Source: Macrostomum lignano
Taxonomy: Eukaryota
Length of the DNA: 64,000 bases
Reading direction: 5' to 3'
Assembly (NCBI GenBank): GCA_002269645.1
Contig: NIVC01002264.1
Span: 62,001-126,000 of the forward strand
Both the position numbers and the translations under genes were made by a program. The notes beneath the pieces are model-generated. The model was given only the letters and a program-made list of their open reading frames with translations, did not search any database and was not told the origin of the DNA. Below are positions 1 to 15,469 of the stretch, one piece after another; the first letter of the stretch is position 1; each line of letters starts with the position of its first letter.

Positions 1-60
1 AGGTTCTGCAGTGATGTGTCAGGCTCTGCAGTGATGTGTCAGGTTCTGCAGTGATGTGTC
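1..60. repeat. 20-bp tandem repeat, cut by the window edge
   Basis: GGTTCTGCAGTGATGTGTCA x3. Confidence 0.8.
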
Positions 61-407
61 AAAAGCCTATGAGTCTTAAAAAAACCTAGGTACTTAAACG
101 CAGATGTTTAAGCAAAAAAGCTATGGTATTGGTAGTGAGGAGGGCTCTATTTCTTTAAAAATCAGGTAACCAAAAGTTAAGTCAACTCGCTAATAAGTAT
201 CAGTCAAAGAAATATAAATTTGTATATTTGTTGATAACAGGAGAAATCAATGAAAAATCAAGTAAATAAATTGTATTGAAAACTAAATAAAAATCGATCT
301 CAAACCATATAGCAGTTTAAATAGAAACACAATCAGAAATACCATAATTTTTATGCTAAAACATGCGAATTAAAACCATAAACAAAATCATTTCCGACAC
401 TTGCAGA

Positions 408-3400
408 TCAAAGCTTGGCCGAAGTGACACCGTGTTTAAATCGGCCGGCCGACATGAAGGCCAAATCCTGGCTAGGTGGCTGGCCGGTTGCCATCTCGGA
501 CAGCAGCTGGCCAATCGCAGGGCCGAGCTTGAAGCCGTGGCCTGAGAATTCGCGGGACAGAGTTTGGTCAACAGGTAATGCGCGACCAATCCGATGTACT
601 AGTGTTGGGTAACCTTCATGTACTTTGAGGAAGTAGCGGTGACAGAAGCAACGGTGACAGAAGCAACGGTGACAGAAGTAACTGTGACAGAAGTAACGTT
701 GACAGAAGTAACTGTGACAGAAGTAACTGTGACAGAAGTAACTGTGACAGAAGCAACGGTGACAGAAGTAACTGTGTCAGAAGTAACTGTGACAGAAGTA
801 ACGGTGACAGAAGTAACGGTGACAGAAGTAACTGTGACAGAAGTAACGGTGACAGAAGTAACGTTGACAGAAGCAACGGTGACAGAAGCAAAGGTGACAG
901 AAGCAACGGTGACAGAAGCAAAGGTGACAGAAGCAACGGTGACAGAAGCAACTGTGACAGAAGTAGCGGTGACAGAAGCAACGGTGACAGAAGCAACTGT
1001 GACAGAAGCAACGGTGACAGAAGCAACGGTGACAGAAGCAACGGTGACAGAAGCAACGGTGACAGAAGTAACTGTGACAGAAGCAACGGGACAGAAGCAA
1101 CTGTGACAGAAGTAACGGTGACAGAAGCAACGGTGACAGAAGTAACTGTGACAGAAGCAACGGTGACAGAAGCAACGGTGACAGAAGCAACTGTGACAGA
1201 AGTAGCGGTGACAGAAGCAACGGTGACAGAAGTAACTGTGACAGAAGCAACGGTGACAGAAGCAACGGTGACAGAAGTAGCGGTGACAGAAGCAACGGTG
1301 ACAGAAGCAACTGTGACAGAAGTAGCGGTGACAGAAGCAACGGTGACAGAAGCAACTGTGACAGAAGTAGCGGTGACAGAAGCAACGGTGACAGAAGCAA
1401 CGGTGACAGAAGTAAGGGTGACAGAAGCAACGGTGACAGAAGCAAAGGTGACAGAAGCAACTGTGACAGAAGCAACGGTGACAGAAGTAACTGTGACAGA
1501 AGCAACGGGACAGAAGCAACTGTGACAGAAGTAACGGTGACAGAAGCAACGGTGACAGAAGTAACTGTGACAGAAGCAACGGTGACAGAAGCAACGGTGA
1601 CAGAAGCAACTGTGACCGAAGCAACTGTGGCAGAAATAACTGTGACAGAAGTAAGGGTGACGGAAGCATTTTACAGTATGGTAACCTAGACTAAGCGTAT
1701 AGTTCAATACATGAATAAAATGTACATGCAGACACTAAACTAAATCATAGCTACATATAATATTATAGAGAAACTTGACCCAAATGAGCTCACCTGAGCA
1801 GCCGCACACAAATACAATGTTGCGATGGCTCGGGTGCCGGTCCACAATCAGGCCGCTATCGGGTGTGAGCTGGGTGAGGAGAACATTTACTAGTTATAAT
1901 TATTTGTTAGATAAAAATGGATTTTCTCTGCCTACAATATGAATGACTCACCGTGTAGATACACTTCTCAGTGACGGCAGGCTCCGGCACCAGGTCTGGA
2001 AACCACCGCTTAACAAAGTCGGCCAGCTCTGACAGGTAGTATGGCTCCCGCTGCTCTCGGGCCTCCCGGATGTCCGGGTCCAAGTCCGGCCCGTCGTGCA
2101 TGCAGATCTGGACAATAAGCGCGGGGCAAGCAAGTGAACTTAGGCGCAGGTAAAAAAATAAACAATCAACGAGCTAAATGTGCTACCGTTTAAAAGTGTG
2201 ACCACATCAGTTTTTATCCAAACTGGCTAGAGTACGAATGTACCAAAGTTCCACTAAAGTACAACAAAACAAAAGTGCAAACACTTGCCTTGACCATGCC
2301 GGGGTACTCGAGCTCCGGCAGTCCATACACGTGCAGCTTCTCATCCTCGTACACAAAAGTTGGAAATTTTTCCGGCCTGAAGTCGCCGGTGACGGCAGCG
2401 CCGTCCGCTTGACGCAGTCGCCAGTACATGGCGGTGACGCCGATGGGCCGCAGCGGCAGGTCCAGGCCGAGGCCTGACAGCAGCTGGCCCGCCCACGCAC
2501 CAGCCGCCAGAACCACCGAGTCCGCCGTGAGCTCCTCTGCAGACGCCGCAGCGGCAGTTGAAGCCGCCGTCCCGCTGCCCGAAAGGCGAAGCCGGACGGA
2601 GCCGTCGGGCTGCGGCTCGATGGCCGTCACGCGGACGCAGTCGCGGAGGCGGCAGCCAAGTTGGGCAACTCGAGAGCGCAGCGCCTGCAAGCACCTGGAG
2701 TGGTCGGGCCATAAACAGGTGTTTCAAGAGGAATTTCTTAGACTGAACTTACATGTATTCAGATCTAACGGACATTTGCTTTGTTCTCTGGACACTGTTA
2801 GAGTTCACCCGGTAACCCGGATACTCCGGTAACCCGGATACTCCGGTAACCCGGATACTCCGGTAACCCGGATACTCCGGTAACCCGGATACTCCGGTAA
2901 CCCGGATTTTTCAGTCAAAGTTGTCCCACCTGTCAGCCAGCAGAATCCCAGCACTGGGATCGAGAACGCAGTCGTGAAATCCCGCAAGCCGAGGAAACCG
3001 ACTCGCCAGCGACTGTCCGGACAGCCGCTCGAGCGGCATCGAGTTCGACTCCAGCACCTCGCTGATGTTTCTCAAATACGCACCCGACCCCAAGGACGCC
3101 ATGCCGCAGTTGATGAAGAGTCGCTGGCCGCTGAGGCTCTCAAGGCGGCTCCACAGCGGGAACGCCCGCCTCATCAGTCGCGCATACTCAGCCTCCTTGT
3201 AGGCGTAGCGGGTGATGCGGCTGTGCCCGTGGCTGCTGCCTCTGCTATGCGGCACCGGGAACTGCTCAAGCAGAGTCACTCGGTGTCCTCGCTCCAGCAG
3301 CTGCCAGGCTGTGCAGAGGCCGTTCACCCCGCAGCCAACCACCGCCACGTGCTTCTGGCGCTGCTGCTGCTGCGCTGCGGCCGCCTGAGGTGTTTCGCGT

Positions 3401-3423
3401 GCGACTTTCGTGGCCATAGACAT
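408..3423 (-). CDS. PIPOX: Peroxisomal sarcosine oxidase / L-pipecolate oxidase, 5 exons, ~421 aa
   Basis: Exons 3423-2930, 2694-2289, 2107-1952, 1869-1794, 541-408 join in frame (1266 nt). FAD motif VVGCGVNG; GSSHGHSRITRYAY; YGLPELEYPGMVK; TPD..VDRHP; C-terminal GHGFKLGPAIG and PTS1-like AKL-stop. Intron 2 is GC-AG. Confidence 0.93.
625..1665. repeat. 15-bp minisatellite in PIPOX intron 4
   Basis: GTGACAGAAG(C/T)AAC(G/T), ~70 units. Confidence 0.95.
2808..2905. repeat. 17-bp tandem repeat in PIPOX intron 1
   Basis: CCGGTAACCCGGATACT x~5. Confidence 0.9.
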
Positions 3424-3544
3424 CGAGGCTTTTCTTGTGACTGTCTAATTAGGTCCCGAGCTATAGAAAGAGGATTTAGTTACAGCCAGAGGACTGTGTG
3501 CACCCTGGTGCACTTCCAGCGACATTGTCGCACAAACGGCGAGA

Positions 3545-3820
3545 GGCATTACTGCCCATTCCGCCGACTCCCCTGAGCAGGCTCACAAGCACGCGGATAC
3601 GTACGCAGTCATACGCACAGGCACACACTCACACAGGAGTGTACAGCGGCCCTAACTTTATTTATTATCAGGCATGTACACTTCACTGCGCCTTGGGGGT
3701 TGGGCCTCAAGGGCGTTGATTGCACGAGCAGAGCCAAGCCGAGATTCCAATTTAGCCCCAAAATAATGTGACTGAACTTGGAATCGAGCCTGGGACACTG
3801 GCTAGACCGCTAGGCTATCT
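3545..3820 (-). mobile_element. SINE-like repeat, GCCGCTGTACAC family, copy 1
   Basis: A-box-like TAGCCTAGCGG, B-box-like GGCTCGATTCC (3780-3790), motif at 3639-3650; ~110 nt nearly identical to 60095-60203. Confidence 0.6.
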
Positions 3821-4164
3821 AATTGTGCCCTGAGCCATGGGTAGTGCTAATTTAATTGTTTTGCAACATTAAACAATTAACGAATTTAATGTCATGAACA
3901 TAATGAAAATCATTATCAATTGTATATAATTAATTAATCTTTCTCAGCTGAAGTTGTATATTCTAGCTTGTTTATAGTTAAAAGAATAAATTTATTTGCA
4001 GCAAGAAAATAATTAATATAAAACAAACGCGATCGAATATACAACTACAAGTTTAAACGGGTTGAAAGACAAGGAAAGGCAAAGGACAATAAATTTATAA
4101 ACACTGAAGACACAGCCTGGAGGGCCAGTGAGAACAAAATAGACAACCAGTACTGAAAGCTGGT

Positions 4165-5178
4165 AAGGACACAAGCTTAGATAACTCGTGAGGACACAAG
4201 CTTAGCTAATCGGTGAGGACACAAGCTTAGCTAACCAGTGAGGACACAAGCTATGAAAATCGATGAGAACACAAGCTTTGAAAACCGGTGAGGACACAAG
4301 CTTAGATAACCGGTGAGGACACAAGCTTAGCTAACCGGTAAGGACACAAGCTTAGCTAACCGGTGAGGACACAAGCTTAGCTAACCAGTGAGGACACAAA
4401 CTTTGAAAATCGGTGAGAACACAAGCTTAGATAACCGGTGAGGACACAAGCTTAGATAACCGGTGAGGACACAAGCTTAGATAACTGGTGAGGACACAAG
4501 CTTAGATAACCGGTGAGGACACAAGCTTAGCTAACCGGTGAGGACACAAGCTTAGATAACCGGTGAGGACACAAGCTTAGCTAACCGGTGAGGACACAAG
4601 CTTAGCTAACCGGTGAGGACACAAGCTTAGCTAACCGGTGAGGACACAAGCTTAGCTAACCGGTGAGGACACAAGCTTAGCTAACCAGTGAGGACACAAG
4701 CTTTGAAAATCGGTGAGAACACAAGCTTTGAAAACCGGTGAGGACACAAGCTTAGATAACCGGTGAGGACACAAGCTTAGATAACCGGTGAGGACACAAG
4801 CTTAGATAACCGGTGAGGACACAAGCTTAGATAACCGGTGAGGACACAAGCTTAGATAACTGGTGAGGACACAAGCTTAGCTAACCGGTGAGGACACAAG
4901 CTTAGCTAACCGGTGAGGACACAAGCTTAGCTAACCAGTGAGGACACAAGCTTTGAAAATCGGTGAGAGCACAAGCTTTGAAAACCGGTGAGGACACAAG
5001 CTTAGATAACCGGTGAGGACAAAAGCTTAGATAACCGGTGAGGACACAAGCTTAGATAACCGGTGAGGACAAAAGCTTAGATAACCGGTGAGGACACAAG
5101 CTTAGATAACCGGTGAGGACACAAGCTTTGAAAATTGGTGAGGACACAAGCTTTGAAAATCGGTGAGGACACAAGCTT
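4165..5178. repeat. 25-bp minisatellite
   Basis: CCGGTGAGGACACAAGCTTAG(A/C)TAA, ~40 units. Confidence 0.95.
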
Positions 5179-5279
5179 GGACGCAAACTACTGAATAAGA
5201 ACATGGGAAGCAAGCAGGATGACACTCAAACAGACAAAAAGAGAATCACATATCAAATTGAGGTTGAGAACCAAGGAAA

Positions 5280-7286
<2,007 letters not shown>

Positions 7287-7384
7287 GGGAAAAGGTGAGG
7301 AGGATTTACTGATTTATCGAATGTTTCAAAGTTCATGACGAACTTTCTAAGATAAGTGATGGCCATCTCGCAGATTTTTTAGCA

Positions 7385-7540
7385 CGAACACGCTCACGCA
7401 GGGTGTACAGCGGCTTTGACTTTCTCAGCGTTAAGCGTTGCACACACTCGGTGACTTGAGGGTGGCCCGGCCCTCATGGGCGTGAGTCGCACAAACGCGG
7501 AATCGAACCCGGGTGCTTTGGCAGGAGAGGATGCCAAACA
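7385..7540 (-). mobile_element. SINE-like repeat, GCCGCTGTACAC family, copy 2
   Basis: B box GGGTTCGATTCC (7499-7510), motif at 7403-7414. Confidence 0.5.
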
Positions 7541-7544
7541 GAGA

Positions 7545-8260
7545 GGCAGTCAGACGGACGGACAGACACTAAGACAGACAGAGAGAGATACCAAGACAGA
7601 CAGACAGACAGACAGAGAGAGATACCAAGACAGACAGACAGACAGACAGACAGACACAGACGGACAGACAGTCAGACAGACACAGACAGAAAGACAGACA
7701 AACAGACAGACACAGACGGACACAGACAGACACACAGACAGAAAGACAGACGGACAGTCAGAGAGACAGACAGGCGGACAGACAGACACAGAGAGATACT
7801 AAGACAGACAGACAGACAAACAGACAGACACAGACAGTCAGACAGACACACAGACAAAAAGATGGACACAGACAGTCAGACAGACACACAGACAAAAAGA
7901 CGGACACAGACAGTCAGACAGACACACAGACAAAAAGACGCACACAGACAGTCAGACAGACACACAGACAAAAAGACGGACACAGACAGTCAGACAAACA
8001 CACAAACAGAAAGACAGACCGTCAGACAGACAGTCAGAGAGACAGACAGGCGGACAGACAGACACAGAGAGATACTAAGACAGACAGACAGAAAGACAAA
8101 GAGACACTAAGACAGACAGACAGACAGACGGACAGACAAACAGACAGACACAGACAGTCAGACAGACACACAGACAAAAAGACGGACACAGACAGTCAGA
8201 GAAACACACAAACAGAAAGACAGACCGTCAGACAGACAGTCAGAGAGACAGACAGGCAAA
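7545..8260. repeat. Degenerate (GACA)n microsatellite
   Basis: GACA-based low-complexity tract. Confidence 0.9.
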
Positions 8261-9552
8261 CCAATAAACGGATTGAGAGTCCCAAGTCCCATACACAAGC
8301 GCTGAAAATACAATATCACCAAATCTAAGACTTCTTAGAATTCTCTGGTTCAAACTAAAAATTGAACAAATAAATAAGACATAAGACCGGTACTATTCAC
8401 TACTATTTGTTGAACCAATTTAAATAACTAATTTGGTGCAAATTGTCGATTGTTATTTAATTTAATCACCGAATTTGATAAGCGGTTCATATGTACATAT
8501 CTATTTCACTACTGATTGTATCAGTTGATTTGATCTTTATTAAGCCGATTAAGTGGCCGCAAAATCCCTATTAGCGGCAGTAGCAGTCACTGCCACAGAA
8601 CTGCTATTGGCCATAGACAATAAAGACAATCAAGCGGATAACTTGCAGTCCAATCTGCACTCCCAGCCTAATAAAATTGAAGCCCATTCCTAGTTAAATT
8701 TCTAGTTTAACTGTGAATATTCAAGGTTGAACTAGGAATGAGAGAGAGAAAGATCGCGTCCTCGTTAAACTGACTATTTAAGTTAATAGAACTTAAACAA
8801 AGCTATACTTCACTTGTTTATTCCTTCTACTTCTAAGGCTATTTACATGTATAACCAAAATAATCAACCATCTATTTGTGCCTATCTGAAAAAATCTTTG
8901 CGCGCTACTAACCACAGTAGAAAAATTCGGATATAACTCCTAAATTTCTTAACCGGCTTGATTACAGTTTCATTGACAAAAGAAATACTAGTTACAGTTT
9001 TATACACGTGGGCAAATAAAAGTTAAATTACAATATAAAATATCTAATCGCAGACTACGGGCCATGAAGTTGAACAAAGTGATTGTTACGTGTACAAAAA
9101 TGAAAGATCAAAGCGTACATGCATAAAAAGAATAGCGTAATACAAATAATATCTTACATAAGCATTCGTGACCATTTGAACTTGTAACACAGAACAGGGT
9201 TGGCCCTCGTGGCACAACAATGACAACAGGAATACCAAGACTGTACTTACTGTACTAAGGAAAGTTTCATATTTTAATATTCACATACGAATTTATTAAA
9301 ATATCGCAGAGAGAAAGCAAAGCTTCAGATAATTATCATAACAATCGAATATAGCAAGGTGACCTTCTCAAAGGCACTTATTACAGCTAAAAGAATTGCT
9401 GAATACAATTTTACATTCCTGGAAAGCCTGGAAAGTCTTGTCGTAAACGTATGAGTTTCGAATAAATCACAGATACTATATATTAGAATAACTAGACACG
9501 TCACTCGCAAAAAATCCGCTTATCTACTCAGTAGCAAAACTAGCGTTTTTTA

Positions 9553-9786
9553 TCTTTATAATATTATAAAGGTAAAAAAGTTTAAATATACCTTTATCAA
9601 TAATTAATTCAAATTTTTGAAGCTACAGCAATCGCTTCTGAGGCTCTGATTTCCCATTAAATTAGCATCTTCTTCCTGTTTTTTCCGTCTCCAAAATGTC
9701 TCAGATGAACAGAATTTAAAGAAGGGATTGTGGGGAAAAATTAAAAATTCAATCCAGTGCGCGAGCATAGCGAGCACGAGAGCTAA
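9553..9786 (+). mobile_element. Possible short non-autonomous Helitron
   Basis: A|TCTTTATAATATTATAAAG 5' end and GTGCGCGAGCATAGCGAGCAC hairpin followed by GAGAGCTA, but no exact CTAG. Confidence 0.3.
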
Positions 9787-9859
9787 AAAGGGTGGTGCCC
9801 CAGCCCCAGCCAGACAGATTAATAGTTTGGCTTTTCTATTGTCCGCTTGTGTCAAACTT

Positions 9860-10793
9860 TGACCTCTCTCCTTACTGCTCTCTCATTATCTGGGCTAGAT
9901 TTGGCCTCTTCCCTAGACTGAGTTTCGTCCATTTGACTTTGACCTCTCTCCTAACTGCCATCTCATTGGCTGGGCTAGATTGGGCCTGCCCCCTAGACTT
10001 AATTTCGTCCATTTGACTTTGACCTCTCTCCTAACTGCCCTCTCATTGGCTGGGCTAGATTGGGCCTGCCCCCTAGACTTAATTTCGTCCATTTGACTTT
10101 GACCTCTCTCCTAACTGCCCTCTCATTGGCTGGGCTAGATTGGGCCTGCCCCTAGACTTAATTTCGTCCATTTGACTTTGACCTCTCTCCTAACTGCCCT
10201 CTCATTGGCTGGGCTAGATTGGGCCTGTCCCCTAGACTTAATTTCGTCCATTTGACTTTGACCTCTCTCCTAACTGCCCTCTCATTGGATGGGCTAGATT
10301 GGGCCTGCCCCCTAGACTTAATTTCGTCCATTTGACTTTGACCTCTCTCCTAACTGCCCTCTCATTGGCTGGGCTAGATTGGGCCTGCCCCCTAGACTTA
10401 ATTTCGTCCATTTGACTTTGACCTCTCTCCTAACTGCCCTCTCATTGGCTGGGCTAGATTGGGCCTGCCCCTAGACTTAATTTCGTCCATTTGACTTTGA
10501 CCTCTCTCCTAACTGCCCTCTCATTGGCTGGGCTAGATTGGGCCTGCCCCCTAGACTTAATTTCGTCCATTTGACTTTGACCTCTCTCCTAACTGCCCTC
10601 TCATTGGCTGGGCTAGATTGGGCCTGCCCCCTAGACTTAATTTCGTCCATTTGACTTTGACCTCTCTCCTAACTGCCCTCTCATTGGCTGGGCTAGATTG
10701 GGCCTGCCCCCTAGACTTAATTTCGTCCATTTGACTTTGACCTCTCTCCTAACTGCCCTCTCATTGGCTGGGCTAGATTGGGCCTGCCCCTAG
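9860..10793. repeat. 80-bp tandem repeat
   Basis: GACCTCTCTCCTAACTGCCC...CATTTGACTTT, ~11 units. Confidence 0.95.
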
Positions 10794-10978
10794 ATGCTCC
10801 TGAAGCCGCAGACCCGAAGGAAAGGAAATTTTGAGCTGCCACATTAAATTTAAGTGACACTGTGCAGACAAGCTACTGAATAAAAAAGTAGACGCTCTAC
10901 TTTTTCACGAACTTCATTGCAAGTGGACATATCTAGTTATTCTAGTATCTGTAGATTGAATTGGCTGAAGTCTCAGCG

Positions 10979-12607
10979 CTACCCGGCATTAGTCAGTTCG
11001 TTCACTTGGCGTCGAAGTCGATCTCGTTCAGCTTCGGCCAGGACGAGTCGCCGATCCCGATCGGCCAGCTGGGCCTCCATTTGGCGAAGTCGCTGGCACA
11101 GGCAGTCGATTTGCATTCGCAGATTTCTAATCGCCAATTTAGAATGAGGCGCCGCAAGCGACGGCAGGGACGGAGAAGGGGAGACCTGCCCAGACTCGCT
11201 GACAGCTCGATGGATGGCGCTGAACGGGCCAGCAGCGGAGGCTCCTCCCGGTCTTGATGAGGCTGGCGCTGCCTGATAGACAGCAGCTGGCTACTCCAGA
11301 GTGCGCTCTCCTGTTCGTGCGCTCGCTTAGCCGCCTGTGCGTGTTACATTAGCAAGTTAATTAGTTCATTTTTCAGAAGGGCTTTCAGGCACTGGCGCAA
11401 ACCACCAAGGCGACAGTCAGACTGCAGCCAGCGAGGCCAGCAGTAATGCCACATTCCGCTGACCACTGAGCACGCACTCACACGGGTGTACAGCGGCCCC
11501 GGCACAGTCGGGCATGCTTTTTGCACACTCTGTGCCTTGGAGACTGGCAATCACGGACTAGAACTCGTAATCCTTGCCATTCACAGGAAAACTGATCCAA
11601 TTTTGCAAATCCAACTTCCACAATCCTCAAAAATTCACAGTCCTCTCCATTCACAGTCCTCACCATTCACAGTCCTCACCATTCACAATCCTCCTCATTT
11701 ACAATCCTCACCATTCACAGTCCTCACCATTCACAATCCTCACCATTCACAATCCTCCTCATTTACAATCCTCACCATTCACAGTCCTCACCATTCACAA
11801 TCCTCACCATTCACAGTCCTCACAATTCACAATCATCACCTTTCACAATCATCCCCTTTCACAATCATCACCTTTCACAATCATCACCTTTCACAATCCT
11901 CACCATTCCCAGTCCTCACAATTCACAATCATCCCCTTTCACAATCCTCACCATTCACAGTCCTCACCATTCACAGTCTTCACAATTCACAATCCTCACC
12001 ATTCACAGTCCTCACCATTCACAATCCTCACCATTCACAATCCTCACCATTCACAATCCTCACCATTCACAGTCCTCACCATTCACAATCCTCACTATTC
12101 ACAATCCTCACCATTCACAATCCTCACCATTCACAATCCTCACCATTCACAATCCTCACCATTCACAGTCCTCACCATTCACAGTCCTCACCATTCACAG
12201 TCCTCACCATTCACAGTCCTCACCATTCACAGTTCTCACCATTCACAATCCTCACCATTCACAATCCTCACCATCATAACCCCAAGTTCTCTTACCTGCA
12301 GTTGGCGCTGCGCCTCCCGCGCCAGTTCCGTGTGCGCTTCTAAGCGGCGCTGGCAGTCCTCTTTAGCGGCGGCAAATTCTTTGGCCTGTTGCTCCTTCAA
12401 ATGACTAAGAAATTGGCGCCAATTTGAACTGTCGGAATCGGTACCAGGGGCAAAATTGTTGCCATAGCAACCATCCTCGCTCTGATCGTCTGAGTCGGCC
12501 GCAATCACTAGAAAATCATCATCATCGGCGGTTCTCTCCGATGAAGTACGCGAGGATGGACACTTTGAACTCCTAGTGGCTGGCGTGTTGGAACAGCTGG
12601 CAGCCAT
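10979..12607 (-). CDS. Uncharacterised coiled-coil protein; exon structure of the 3' part ambiguous
   Basis: Exon 1 12607-12296 (acidic/Ser-rich then coiled-coil; donor CAG|GTAAG). Downstream acceptor at 11335 (or 11273). C-terminal heptad segment MQIDCLCQRLRQMEAQLADRDRRLVLAEAERDRLRRQVNEL ends in TAG at 10979-10981. Confidence 0.6.
11440..11570 (-). mobile_element. SINE-like repeat, GCCGCTGTACAC family, copy 3 (intronic)
   Basis: B-box-like GAGTTCTAGTCC (11555-11566), motif at 11486-11497, downstream GTC.GCGGAATG shared with copies 1 and 4. Confidence 0.45.
11630..12275. repeat. 16-bp intronic minisatellite
   Basis: TCCTCACCATTCACA(A/G). Confidence 0.95.
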
Positions 12608-12789
12608 GGAACAGATGATTGACAGGCTTTAGCTTAGCAGAAAAAACAGCAATAACAGAAGCTTAGCTTGACAATTAAAACAAATCAGTTATACTACAGT
12701 CCTTACGATAATACTGGCTTTAAATAGCAGATATTGAACCCTAAGCTACTCTTCAAGCCCTACAGTAGACCTAGCAGATTTGACTAAAG

Positions 12790-14712
12790 GAGCTCTCATA
12801 GAGACAGCCCACAACAGCACACCTGATACTGATCAAGAAGCTCTCAAAGACAGAAACAGTCCACAACAGCACACCTGATACTGATCAAGGAGCTCTCATA
12901 GAGAGAGACAGTCCACTGCAGCACACCTGATACTGATCAAGGAGCTCTCATAGAGAGAGACAGTCCACTGCAGCACACCTGATACTGATCAAGGAGCTCT
13001 CATAGAGAGAGACAGTCCACTGCAGCACACCTGATACTGATCAAGGAGCTCTCATAGAGAGAGACAGTCCACTGCAGCACACCTGATACTGATCAAGGAG
13101 CTCTCATAGAGAGAGACAGTCCACTGCAGCACACCTGATACTGATCAAGGAGCTCTCATAGAGAGAGACAGTCCACTACAGCACACCTGATACTGATCAA
13201 GGAGCTCTCATAGAGAGAGACAGTCCACTGCAGCACACCTGATACTGATCAAGGAGCTCTCATAGAGAGAGACAGTCCACTGCAGCACACCTGATACTGA
13301 TCAAGGAGCTCTCATAGAGAGAGACAGTCCACTACAGCACACCTGATACTGATCAAGGAGCTCTCATAGAGAGAGACAGTCCACTGCAGCACACCTGATA
13401 CTGATCAAGGAGCTCTCATAGAGAGAGACAGTCCACTACAGCACACCTGATACTGATCAAGGAGCTCTCATAGAGAGAGACAGTCCACTACAGCACACCT
13501 GATACTGATCAAGGAGCTCTCATAGAGAGAGACAGTCCACTGCAGCACACCTGATACTGATCAAGGAGCTCTCATAGAGAGAGACAGCCCACTACAGCAC
13601 ACGTGATACTGATCAAGGAGCTCTCATAGAGAGAGACAGCCCACTACAGCACACCTGATACTGATCAAGAAGCTCTCAAAGACAGAAACAGTCCACAACA
13701 GCACACCTGATACTGATCAAGGAGCTCTCATAGAGAGAGACAGTCCACTGCAGCACACCTGATACTGATCAAGGAGCTCTCATAGAGAGAGACAGTCCAC
13801 TGCAGCACACCTGATACTGATCAAGGAGCTCTCATAGAGAGAGACAGTCCACTACAGCACACCTGATACTGATCAAGGAGCTCTCATAGAGAGAGACAGT
13901 CCACTGCAGCACACCTGATACTGATCAAGGAGCTCTCATAGAGAGAGACAGTCCACTGCAGCACACCTGATACTGATCAAGGAGCTCTCATAGAGAGACA
14001 GTCCACTGCAGCACACCTGATACTGATCAAGGAGCTCTCATAGAGAGAGACAGTCCACTGCAGCACACCTGATACTGATCAAGGAGCTCTCATAGAGAGA
14101 GACAGTCCACTACAGCACACCTGATACTGATCAAGGAGCTCTCATAGAGAGAGACAGTCCACTACAGCACACCTGATACTGATCAAGGAGCTCTCATAGA
14201 GAGAGACAGTCCACTGCAGCACACCTGATACTGATCAAGGAGCTCTCAAAGAGAGAGACAGTCCACTGCAGCACACCTGATACTGATCAAGGAGCTCTCA
14301 TAGAGAGAGACAGTCCACTGCAGCACACCTGATACTGATCAAGGAGCTCTCATAGAGAGAGACAGTCCACTACAGCACACCTGATACTGATCAAGGAGCT
14401 CTCATAGAGAGAGACAGTCCACTGCAGCACACCTGATACTGATCAAGGAGCTCTCATAGAGAGAGACAGTCCACTGCAGCACACCTGATACTGATCAAGG
14501 AGCTCCCATAGAGAGAGACAGTCCACTGCAGCACACCTGATACTGATCAAGGAGCTCTCATAGAGACAGCCCACTACAGCACACCTGATACTGATCAAGG
14601 AGCTCCCATAGAGAGAGACAGTCCACTGCAGCACACCTGATACTGATCAAGGAGCTCTCATAGAGACAGCCCACTACAGCACACCTGATACTGATCAAGG
14701 AGCCCTCATAGA
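12790..14712. repeat. 52-bp tandem repeat
   Basis: GATCAAGGAGCTCTCATAGAGAGAGACAGTCCACT(G/A)CAGCACACCTGATACT, ~36 units. Confidence 0.95.
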
Positions 14713-15469
14713 GATGACCCACAAAAATTACCCTAGTACTCATAAGCAACTTGAAAAAACCAGTGAAAGCAGAAAGTCCACAGACAAGCAGAGTTACCTT
14801 AGCAGTGAATTTTTTTGTGTGAAACAATTTTGGGTTATTGCAAAACTGTTAGCTGCGATGTAAATGAATGAAACAATCGCGATTGGGGATGCTACAGAAG
14901 CAAACTAGGAAAAATAAAACGCTAAAGTTTGTACTTAGCGCAGCAACCTGATGCAGCGCCAGCATACTTGGGAGACTGACACAGCAGCGGTTAAATGCCA
15001 TGTTTGTATTTATAGTGTATAACAATGCAAAGGTATGCCTATATATGCGTTCATTTTTTTTTCAACTTGAAATTGTACAGCAGGTATAAAAATATGACAA
15101 AAGTACCAGCATATTCTGATGGACATTTTCTTTGGTAAACTGATTATAAATAAGTAAACTTAGTCTAGCCTGGTCAATCATCAATGAGACAATAAAAAAA
15201 TGAAAATTGATATTACATTACAGAGCTTTACGATAAGTTATTACAGCAGCAGATAGCCGAACAAATAAACAGAAGGCAGCCAAGGCGCAATTTTCGGCAA
15301 ACTAATGTACCGATAAAACAGAACCAAAGAAGTAAAATATTTTGATAGGTCAAATTATTATTAAATTACTGATTTCTAAGTCAGTAAACCTTAATCCTAT
15401 TGAGCTGAGTTTCACTTTCTATTATAAGGTCTTCACATAAGGCGTTAATTTAGTAACTAAGCACCTGTT

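Noticed and set aside
599-1707. Long ORFs in several frames (antifreeze-, mucin- or Cys/His-rich-looking)
   Set aside because: They are translations of a stop-free 15-bp minisatellite lying inside PIPOX intron 4.
8790-9545. Possible Helentron/DINE-like element (CTACT..AGTAG hairpins, terminal CTAG)
   Set aside because: Ends could not be defined and there is no second copy in the window.
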